From NCBI GenBank assembly GCA_051599415.1, contig AP039715.1, positions 124,001 through 188,000 of the forward strand: 64,000 nt of DNA, given 5' to 3'. Of this stretch, positions 40,933 to 49,958 are shown piece after piece. A program made the position numbers and the translations under genes. The notes under the pieces are model-generated. The model saw only the letters and a list, made by a program, of their open reading frames with translations. It made no database searches and was not told the origin of the DNA. Source of the DNA: Savitreella phatthalungensis (Eukaryota). The stretch's first letter is position 1, and each line of letters begins with the position of its first letter.

Positions 40933-42339
40933 CATGGGCGCAAAAGCCAGACGCCAGCCGCCACAGAATCTGGAATTTCATGCTGGTCAAGGTCAAGAGT
41001 TGCCTTACACAGATAGAAGCAAATTCAAAACCCAGATTGGACGCAGCAGGTTACAGATAATAGGTAGCCAGACGCTTGCATTATTTTTCCCCTGATTGGA
41101 GCAGGAAACGAACTTGCTTCAGCAGACCGGCTCAAGACCTTCGGCATTGGGTCCAGTGGGGAAGTCTAAATAATTTGCCACTCTAGATTGAGCATAATCT
41201 GGACAAGGAGGCAAATCGGCCTATATACCAGTTCACAAAGGGAAGAACCAAGCGCAATAGGATTGAAAGTAGGGAAAAATATTCAGTCGAGGGGCGGATC
41301 AGACTTTCCGAACGCCGTCAAGTTTGATCACAAAGCACTTTAGTGCCAGTCCATTCACTCTAAATCTGGATCTTTTGCAAGGCTGCAAAAGGTCAAGATC
41401 GAAAACCGAATTCTATATCCAACCTCGGCCAGATACGTATTCAGAGCAATTCGACTTTTGTTCACAGTCCTGAAGAAACAAACTGGTGTAGATCAGAAGG
41501 AGGAACTTGAAAACGTGTGTCGATCTTCCTTCGACGATCCAGAAACTTCACATTGTACGCCGCGTTGCCTTCTAATCGTCTGTCACTCGAATATGGACTA
41601 GCATTGAAGCTCGAACAGTGATTACATATTCCAACACACGACACGAAGATTGAAGGCCTACCGGACATAAACATATGTCCGTCGTACTGCTCACTCGTCG
41701 CAGTCGTGCTCTCCCGCTGCTGTGGATAGGGAGGTCTCGTTCATGATTTGTGATTTATTACGCACTCACAGGATTGGCAGCCATGCAAAATCACTTTCGG
41801 ATAGCACTCGGGTCCAATTAAGGTCATGCTTGTTTTTGACCTTCTTCAGATTGTGTGAGTGTATTCATTCTGTTGTATCAGGGACTGGTGAATCTGGTTG
41901 ATGCCGACGGATGCACATTGGATGTCGTTCTGCAGCACTTTGCCATTCTGGTCATGCTGGGTTGACTTTCATTCAAAATCCTGTATCCTGAGAGTTTGTA
42001 GTATAGTCCGCGAGACAGCCGATTTTTCCGTTCACCTTCAGGCACTTGCATTGGGTGGTGCGATTGTGCATGGACTGCCAAGAACACGGATAATCCGCTC
42101 AAACAGTCGACTGATTATGCATCCGATCTCATCTAGGGACTTCGAGCTACCATAATCAAGCAATATACAGTAAACATGTTAATCCTATTCCACACAACAA
42201 ATAAAGTTTCTACTGTAAATGACGACATATGCGCATGACCCCGGTCAACTCTCCCAAGCTGAAGCCGCCCAGCCGAGTTGCGCTGAAACAGGAGTTTGAG
42301 CCCCACCTTTTATGTTCCTGAAAGGGTATACCGCCAGGC

Positions 42340-42419
42340 CACGTCACATCCCCCACGTCATCCGGCACGAAACAGTTAGAAAGGGATGCGAAACGCTTCG
42401 GCAGTCACGAGTCACGTCA
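42340..42419. promoter_or_regulatory. Cluster of three CACGTCA (CRE/M26-like) sites
   Basis: CACGTCA at 42340, 42354 (includes ACGTCAT = reverse complement of ATGACGT) and 42413, all within 90 bp of the ATG at 42427. Confidence 0.45.
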
Positions 42420-42426
42420 CGACAAC

Positions 42427-43260
42427 ATGGCTGCTGCAGTTCTGAATTCGGCACTTTGGGTGCTTAGACAGGTCCATGACGATACACGTGTTACTGTAGG
42501 CAAAAGTTATGCAATCAAGCGTCATTGTTCACCTTTTGTGTTCTACAACAGATTCGACACTACCATCAATGTCACCGTCTATGGTAGATTCGGCGCAGAG
42601 CTAGGTCCTGGCAGGCGTGTCTTCCTGCAGCGTCGTGGATTCCGCACTGGTCTGCTAGGGTGGACACTCGGAGGTCTGCTTGGCGGTACAGTCGGTAAAG
42701 ACATCGAGATTACGCCAACAGACATTGCAAAGTCGACTTCTGTCAAGGATGTCGAAGATCCAATCGTCTCTAAACAAGATTTCCGCCCGCTTGAAACAAA
42801 CGCACTTCACATTCCGGCACGTGCGGTCGATGGCTACTACCGCATTCGCGTCACGACCTCCAACCCATCTCACAATATCGTCGCCACACCGACCTTCCGA
42901 CTCCTCTCGTCCTCGCTCGACACGGCTAGTCCACGAGGCGCAACGCTTTACCAGATCCCATTCGAGACTGGTGCTCAGGCTGCCGTCAAGTCAGCGCAGG
43001 TGGCGGCATGGTCGGCTGCTTATGCGCTCTTCCCATTTCTAGCAGTTGGCTCTTGGGTACCGGGCGTTTCGGGCATGTCGCGAACGGCGATCGACGCGCT
43101 CTGGCGATGGGCCGGCGGACAGAAAGTCACTGACCAAGTAGGCTCTCATGTTGCAGCTGCAGACCAGACAATCCCCTGGGGGGCCGTCGGCGTTCGACGT
43201 CAATTCGATATCGACGAAGACACCAAACGAGGACCTCGTGGCTCAGTATACCGATACTAG
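42427..43260 (+). CDS. 277-aa uncharacterised protein (beta-rich domain plus hydrophobic C-terminal helices)
   Basis: ATG in good context, long ORF, DGYYRIRV and GAVGVRR segments. Confidence 0.7.
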   Translation: MAAAVLNSALWVLRQVHDDTRVTVGKSYAIKRHCSPFVFYNRFDTTINVTVYGRFGAELGPGRRVFLQRRGFRTGLLGWTLGGLLGGTVGKDIEITPTDIAKSTSVKDVEDPIVSKQDFRPLETNALHIPARAVDGYYRIRVTTSNPSHNIVATPTFRLLSSSLDTASPRGATLYQIPFETGAQAAVKSAQVAAWSAAYALFPFLAVGSWVPGVSGMSRTAIDALWRWAGGQKVTDQVGSHVAAADQTIPWGAVGVRRQFDIDEDTKRGPRGSVYRY

Positions 43261-45218
43261 CGGAAGAGCTCACCAATCAGAAGCGCCGGTACCAGAGAAC
43301 CAGTTGGCAGCTCCCCACGCTCCTCACTTTGCGCCGGCAAGCAGAGGAATGCATTACAAGAGAGCAGCGAGCCGACGCGAGAAGATCGTTGCCCGCCCGT
43401 TGTGATGGCTTCAAGTGTACCATCGGGCTTTGCATGGACCTGCACGCGGTGGTATTCTGGACGTGGGTCGAGCTTGACGGCAGACTGGAGTTTGACCCAG
43501 ATAGTCGGCAGACTTGCGGTTTGTAGCGAGTACCCAGACATCCGTCTGAGAGCCGGAAGCACGAATAGGTGGAAAGTCACTAGCGCAGAAGCCGGATTGC
43601 CAGGCAATGCAAAAATGAGCTTTCTACCGACCGTTGCAAAAGTCGTCGGCTTTCCCGGCTTCATCGCTACTCGCCCAAAATGGATCGAGCCGCTGAGCTC
43701 TCGCTCGATCGTCGGTTTTAGCAAGTCAAGCTCGCCCATTGACACACCTCCTGTCGTGATGATGACATCACACTTCTCAAGCGCTTGTTGTAGCACATCT
43801 CTCAAAGATCCAGCCTGGTCTCGTGCGATGCCAAGGTCAATAGCTCTGTAGCCGCGGGATGTCACCGCTGCAAGCAATGAGACCCTGTTGGAATCTCGAA
43901 TCTCTCCCACCCGGAGCTTGCGCGAGTCGCCAGGCGATACAAGTTCATCGCCCGTCGACAGGACTCCCACTGTGGGCGACTTATAGCATTTCACCTCGTG
44001 ACATCCGGCAGATGCGAGCATACCGATTTCACCACCATTAGCGCTCAGCTGAACGCCATGTGAAAGTAGGGGCTGACCGACCTCAATGTCACTCCCGGCC
44101 TCACGCACCATATTTCCAGTGGCCCTACCTTCCAGAATCTCAATCTGCTCCTCTTCTTTCCCATCATTTGTCGTTTTGACGAGGCGAGTGTCCTCAACCA
44201 TGATGACCTCATCTGCCCCTTGAGGTAGAGGTGCTCCTGTGGTGATTCGTGCCACCTGACCGGGAGTCAGGGTCAGCGGTTCAGACCCAGCAACGCTAGC
44301 CCCAACGACGGGATAGGTGCCCGGACCAGTGTCTGCGCATACTGCATAGCCATCGACGATGGAGGCGCGGAATGCCGGCACTGATTCAAGAGCCTTTACG
44401 TCTTCGGCCACTGTCCTGCCAAGCAACTCAGGATCCTCCACAGACAAGGACTCCGTGTCGAGCAACTCTGCGCGCGTCAATATCATCGTTAAGGCATCCT
44501 CAACGGAGACCATCGGATAGGGTGACGCTCTAGCACGTCGAGTGACCCCTGCAGCTGGATCATTAGATGAGTGCTCAGCCCCACGATCAGCACGACCATG
44601 GTGATGTCCACCGCACATGTGGCCTCCTGAAGCAGCTAACACTGGAGCAGGCGTACCCGGCACCAGGCCTGCCTGCTGTTCGAGGGAAGTTGTCCCTTTG
44701 GCATGTACTTGGCGCGATATCACGGCTTCCTTGGCGAGATCGGACGCATGGGGCAGCAACTTGAGCACAGCTGCCACATTTTCTGTAGCACCTTTCGGGC
44801 TACCTGGGACACACAGGATGATAGTTCCACCGCGAACTCCCGCGGCTAGCCGTGCCATTGCACCGAGCGGTGTGATCTTTAGGGACTCTGCAAACATCAC
44901 GTGCACAAGTCCTGGAGCGTCCTTCTCGAAAAGTGGCTTGACGGCCTCGGGTGTGATGTCTCGCTTCGCGAACCCGGTTCCGCCTGCGGTAATGACGAGA
45001 TCCACTTTCTCGAGGTCACATAGCCGAGTGACTACATCGGCAATGTCTTTCTTCTCGTCCGGCGCGATCTTGACCCCAGATATAGTGAACTTGTCCGAAT
45101 ACGCAGAGCTCTCGATCAGTGCCCGCAGCCGCGGACCTGTTTGGTCTGACGATGCGTCCTTGAAGCACGTATCACTGACCACCACCACAGCAACGCTCCG
45201 TAAACGTGAGATCGACAT
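43257..45218 (-). CDS. cnxE: Gephyrin/CnxE molybdopterin adenylyltransferase-molybdenumtransferase (MogA-MoeA fusion)
   Basis: G domain VVVSD, TAGGTGF..RDITPEA, PGSPKGA; E domain SIVDGYAV, ITTGAPLP, STGDEL, TTGGVSMG, MKPGKP, LPGNPAS. Confidence 0.95.
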   Translation of the reverse strand: MSISRLRSVAVVVVSDTCFKDASSDQTGPRLRALIESSAYSDKFTISGVKIAPDEKKDIADVVTRLCDLEKVDLVITAGGTGFAKRDITPEAVKPLFEKDAPGLVHVMFAESLKITPLGAMARLAAGVRGGTIILCVPGSPKGATENVAAVLKLLPHASDLAKEAVISRQVHAKGTTSLEQQAGLVPGTPAPVLAASGGHMCGGHHHGRADRGAEHSSNDPAAGVTRRARASPYPMVSVEDALTMILTRAELLDTESLSVEDPELLGRTVAEDVKALESVPAFRASIVDGYAVCADTGPGTYPVVGASVAGSEPLTLTPGQVARITTGAPLPQGADEVIMVEDTRLVKTTNDGKEEEQIEILEGRATGNMVREAGSDIEVGQPLLSHGVQLSANGGEIGMLASAGCHEVKCYKSPTVGVLSTGDELVSPGDSRKLRVGEIRDSNRVSLLAAVTSRGYRAIDLGIARDQAGSLRDVLQQALEKCDVIITTGGVSMGELDLLKPTIERELSGSIHFGRVAMKPGKPTTFATVGRKLIFALPGNPASALVTFHLFVLPALRRMSGYSLQTASLPTIWVKLQSAVKLDPRPEYHRVQVHAKPDGTLEAITTGGQRSSRVGSLLSCNAFLCLPAQSEERGELPTGSLVPALLIGELFR

Positions 45219-45525
45219 TGCGACACGGCCACAATGAGTAGCTATTGCCTCGCAATCTATAGAGCAAGAATCGTGTCCGATGATCGTAGTGGAAAGTAGG
45301 GATCTGGAAGACCGATGCGCATAACTGCGGAGCCGGAGGACAGATAGCAGCCCTGGGCAGCTCGGGCTGCGGGCTCAGAGCTCAGGCTCAGGCTTGGCTA
45401 CAATATCGATCACACAGCATTTGCACGTACGTCGATCTGAATTTAAAAAACACGTGCTACGTTTACGAAAGAGAAGTAGATTGAAAGGAAACCTTAGCCT
45501 GACGTTACCACATATGTTAGACCCT

Positions 45526-46809
45526 TCAAGTGTACCATGTCGGCTTCGGCAGACGACCTTCGAGGTAGTAAGCACCGACTTCGGTCTTCTTGTAGGCGAT
45601 GGGGTCGTGCAGCGTGTGAGTCCGGACGTTCCTCCAGAATCTGTCGAGGCCTACCTTTGAGGAAGTGGCGCGGGCGCCCGTAAGCTCGTACACCTTGCTC
45701 GTCAGGTGGAGTGCGTGGTCGACAATAGATACCTTGGCCGTAGCAACCTCTGCCGCGATGATGCCACGCTGTTCTGGCGTCAGCGATTCCTTCGGCGCAT
45801 GAGCCAGTTTTGAGATTGCAGCACCGACCTGGTCGTGCAGCGCCTCGGAAGCACGCACTCCAGCGTAGAGGACACCATAACCTTCCAGGATGTACCACTC
45901 CTCGAGCGCGTTATCGTGTCCACGGCCGCCCTCTGAAGCCGGCCACGGGCGCGTCTTGCTGGTCGTGTACTGCTGGGCGAAGCGGAGACCTCCGATGGCG
46001 ATACCGAGGTACTTGTTGGAGAAGTTGTGCTGAATCAGCGGCAGTGTGATTGTGTGGTATGGAATCGGTGTGTAAGTCTTGGCGACGGGGTCCCAGCCGG
46101 CAGCACCTTCCCATGGCACACGGACATCGTCAATCACGACGCCACCGGATTCCGTTAGGCGCTGTCCAAGAGCATCCCAGTCGCCCTTGAACTGGATGCC
46201 TGGCTGGTTCGTAGGAACGAAGGAGAAAATGTGCTTGTCAGTGCCATCGAGGACGCCTTCGAGGACGGTGACATCGGAGATACGACCACCAGTCGAGAAG
46301 GACTTGACGCCATTGAAGACGATCGAGTCTCCCTCGTCGCGAATCGTTAGGTCGGCGTCGCGCGGGTTGACCGCACCACCAAAGAAGCTGCGGTTGCGGG
46401 TGTGCGGCTCGATGAAGGCTTCGTACTTCTCGTTGTCGAAGAGCACGTACGCTAGCCATGACCAGAGCAAGTGGTATCCAAGTAGCTGGCCGATCGAGCC
46501 ATCGTACTCAGAGATCGTCCGAATCAGCTTGTACGCCACCTCCCACGTGCCGCCACCGCCGCCGAACTTGGCTGGCTGCAGATAGGTGATAAGGCCAGCC
46601 TGTTTGAGAAGGTTGACTTCGTGTTCAGGCTTGCCGTTCGCCTTGTCGCGCTCTACTGCATCAACTTCAAGGATCCGACCGACCTCGCGAGCCTTCTCAA
46701 TCCACTCTACTGGAGAAGAAGGCTGAGTGGATGAGAGCTGAGGAATGATCTTCTTGTCTATTGCTGGAGCTCCACCATTGTTGGCGGTAGTCGTCGTTAC
46801 GGAGGGCAT
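45526..46809 (-). CDS. Acyl-CoA-dehydrogenase-fold flavin monooxygenase, DszC/SfnB (desulfurising) family
   Basis: DGSIGQLLGYH, GGAVNPRD, GVKSFSTG, DWDALGQRLTESG, GLDRFWRNVRTHTLHDP, PTWYT. Confidence 0.9.
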   Translation of the reverse strand: MPSVTTTTANNGGAPAIDKKIIPQLSSTQPSSPVEWIEKAREVGRILEVDAVERDKANGKPEHEVNLLKQAGLITYLQPAKFGGGGGTWEVAYKLIRTISEYDGSIGQLLGYHLLWSWLAYVLFDNEKYEAFIEPHTRNRSFFGGAVNPRDADLTIRDEGDSIVFNGVKSFSTGGRISDVTVLEGVLDGTDKHIFSFVPTNQPGIQFKGDWDALGQRLTESGGVVIDDVRVPWEGAAGWDPVAKTYTPIPYHTITLPLIQHNFSNKYLGIAIGGLRFAQQYTTSKTRPWPASEGGRGHDNALEEWYILEGYGVLYAGVRASEALHDQVGAAISKLAHAPKESLTPEQRGIIAAEVATAKVSIVDHALHLTSKVYELTGARATSSKVGLDRFWRNVRTHTLHDPIAYKKTEVGAYYLEGRLPKPTWYT

Positions 46810-46974
46810 CTTGAAAGACAGAGAACTCGTTAGGATCGGCCATATGTGGCCACGACCTGCTTCTTATACCTTTCACTGCATCTTACCTTGTCACATGAAA
46901 TCCTCCGTGACAATGTGCGTGCATAATTGCTCGCGCCGTACGCATGGAATATGGTGAAATCTGTCGCAATCAGT

Positions 46975-48498
46975 CAAAAATCTCCTTTCGTAACACAGCC
47001 AGCTGAAATTCGAGTGGGAGTGTGCAGAAGGGTCTGTTTTGTGGATAATGTGGGGCACGGATTTAATGCAAGACCACAGTGGTCGATCACTCGATTTAGT
47101 GCCTTCCCTTCAATGTAGCTGAGTCGATTGGATCTGTGCACTGTCCCATGGATAAAGATCAGCGATGGCGTGCTTGCCCCTCGACCAGCAGCAGAGGTCA
47201 GCCCTCTCAGACATCTTATTCATGTTTGATTGCGATAGGCTTGCCATACCGCTTGCACGCGTGCTGACCTGACCCTTATCCGCGTTTCATCGCTACGGCT
47301 TACTGCTCACCGACAGCGCAGGACAATCCAATTGGGGCTCATGGCTGTTTCAGCAGCTCACGGAGATGAAATGCGGAAAAGAGTCGCGACGGCAGGCCGT
47401 GCGGATTGTGGTTGAAAGCACCTAAGCGCTTTTCTTAGTCCAAAGATTGCCCATGCGGAAGCTTAACGGGAAGAACAGAGCTCCTGCCCAGCATGCCACC
47501 TGATGGACAAGTTGGTACTTTGACTCTCACAAGGGCGAGGTCCCATCTAGTGGACAACAGGCAGAGTCATGCTCAAAAATTCCTTTGCTTCCGCGCAAAG
47601 AATATCTCTCAGCTGGACAGGCAAGGAGATCGTGTGTAGCTGCAGATAAGCACCGTAAGCTGCTTTGTGGATCAGAGACTGCGCGTCCATGCGACGTGCT
47701 TTGCCTCCAGCGGTCAAGAACAGGGTAGAGAAAACCGCGAATGGGGACCGCCCAGGCGCCCTTTTCCTTGTGAGAGAAGGACGCAATCTACACGACTAGT
47801 AGCCTCGAGTCACGCCCATCGAGCAAGCTCGGTCGGGTATCGCGAGATCACGGACAACGTTCGCATACGTAACGCGCCATAGCCTGGGGTGGGGTCGATC
47901 GCCATCGCTGTGCATGGCGGTGGACCTGTCGATAGAGATCGGCTGAAGGAAGGTGTCCGTACCGAGCCACAAGCCACGGCTCGAGATCTTGGAACCAGTG
48001 ATGTGTTCTCACTGCGGAGGATCCTCTGGCGCCGCGCCGACCGCGACGCTTTCTGAAGGATCACATGGCTATGAGCACCGTCGTGTGTAAGAGCATGGGT
48101 TTGCGACCTAGGACATCCTTCTTCAAACTCAGCGATCGCGCCAGCACAAAGACGATAAACTGACTTAGGGTTAAGTGAGGAGACATCTCGCACTCGCTGC
48201 TGACCACTTTGAAATCGTAGTGCTAGTAGCGAGCGTCGAGAGATGGCTCCTGAACTATTTGGGATGTCAGTCAGCCTTGAAGGCGCTCTGGATAAGGAAC
48301 GATCATACCTGCGGGGGTACTCTGCTTGTGGACTTGTCTTGTGTCCTGGGGATGGGTTGTGATGTACAATGAAACACGAGACACGGTGCTAGGCAGCCCA
48401 GCGTATGTAAGACGCGGCAGATTGGCGCCACAAATGCACGATCGAGTGAGTGAGTGAGCGAGCAAGCTGTTCCTTGCAAGACTGCGAAAATCGATATC
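46975..48498 (-). ncRNA. Candidate telomerase RNA (TER); core 47574-48498, possible 3' extension to ~46975
   Basis: Template UAACCCUAA (48173-48165) 5 nt 3' of a long hairpin; pseudoknot with UUUUCUC loop; core-enclosing helices; Sm site AAUUUUUG at 47581-47574; no credible ORF in the 2-kb spacer. Confidence 0.65.
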
Positions 48499-48812
48499 AT
48501 TAATTCGAATCAGTCACGACTGCACACCATACATGGACTGACGACGATTGACAATTAATGCAATGAACGCAGAGAATGTAAGATATGTACGTATGGCAGG
48601 GAGACAACCGAGCGAGACATGAGCAGACACTGGAATGGCAAGTCAATGAAAGTCGGTGGTGCAATGAACATTCATACGTATATCCGACATACTGTCAGAC
48701 TGCTCCACAGGAGCGACTGGTGACGGATTTGTCGTGCGAACGTAACCCTTAAGCGTGAAAGCACGTGGGAACGAGCGCAAGAACGAGTATGCATCAGAGT
48801 AGAATCGGTTTA

Positions 48813-49316
48813 TTACTCGACGACCTCGTTCAGAGACTCTGCTCGTTCAGCGTCCTCGAGCTCAACCATCTTTTGGACCACCTTGAAGACGAATGGCGGG
48901 ATTGTCTGCTCGTAGATTCGTGTGAGCTCGGCTGGCTGGGGGTACATCTTGAGTGCTCGCCAGAAGCAAATTGCAGCGTCAAACTTATGCGGTTCACCAC
49001 CTGCGTAGAGCTGCTCACCACGAGCGACCTCTGTCATGAACTGCTGTTCACGCTCCTCTGCCGATGTGGGCAAAGGTGCCGAGCGCGCGAGTCTCAGTGC
49101 CTCAAGCGTTGCTTCCTCTTCTCCTTGCTCTGCCTGACGCTGCTTCTCCTTCTCGAGTCCCGCGAGACGTTTGTGCTCTCGTCTGATAGCCTTGCGGAAT
49201 TCTGGGTCATTTCTCCGCTTCCAGTCGAAGTAAATGCAATAGCCGACAACGCCGGCAGAGACAGCTGCCAGAGATGCTAGGACTGTTGTTCGTGAAATTG
49301 ACAGGTCGGATGACAT
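48813..49316 (-). CDS. TOM20: Mitochondrial import receptor Tom20
   Basis: TM anchor then GYCIYFDWKRRNDPEFRK, FMTEVARGE, ALKMYPQP. Confidence 0.95.
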   Translation of the reverse strand: MSSDLSISRTTVLASLAAVSAGVVGYCIYFDWKRRNDPEFRKAIRREHKRLAGLEKEKQRQAEQGEEEATLEALRLARSAPLPTSAEEREQQFMTEVARGEQLYAGGEPHKFDAAICFWRALKMYPQPAELTRIYEQTIPPFVFKVVQKMVELEDAERAESLNEVVE

Positions 49317-49958
49317 GATTGATGAATCAAGGAGAAAGATCTCGGGAGTGCTGCTTTTACCTGCGCTGGACGCACTGTTTATATTCTGATTCTTATCCTT
49401 TTCTCGGTGCCCACCTGATCAGCCTTTGTATTGCGGGCCTTCAGAAGCTTGACTGATACGTAGCGTTGCTTTGCGTCGACTTGTGGGTAGCGTTTCGATC
49501 AATGGCTTCTTTTCATGTCGGATAAATTTTGTGCTAGTTTGTGCGTACACCCGTGCGGCAACTTTTGGCATCGCTGCATCAGTGCCATATATAAATATAT
49601 GGATGCATGACAATTAGCAGGAGTCACTCACTGAGCTTTTTAGTATGGGAAGGAGATCTGTGTATCAATTGTGTAAAATTTTAAATTCTCTATTACTGGC
49701 AGCTCTATGAACATATAAAATATGATCGAGGACGCGCGCAATTACTCAATCGGAGAAAATGCGATGTTCAAGCACGTGTTGTTCATGAACAGCTGCTATC
49801 ATCACAGATGCAGCCTCATAGGCGTGGAGATACAATCCACGTACACACATATACACAAGAGACCTCAGCAAGCAACCACATCCCCACTGGACGCAGATCC
49901 CACGTTTCCTGGCAAGACAGCTGCCAGAGGAGTGACGGCTGTTCACTGAGCTGAAGCT

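Noticed and set aside
47547..48500. Short ORFs in the TOM20-DszC spacer
   Set aside because: No protein-like features; sequence better explained as structured RNA
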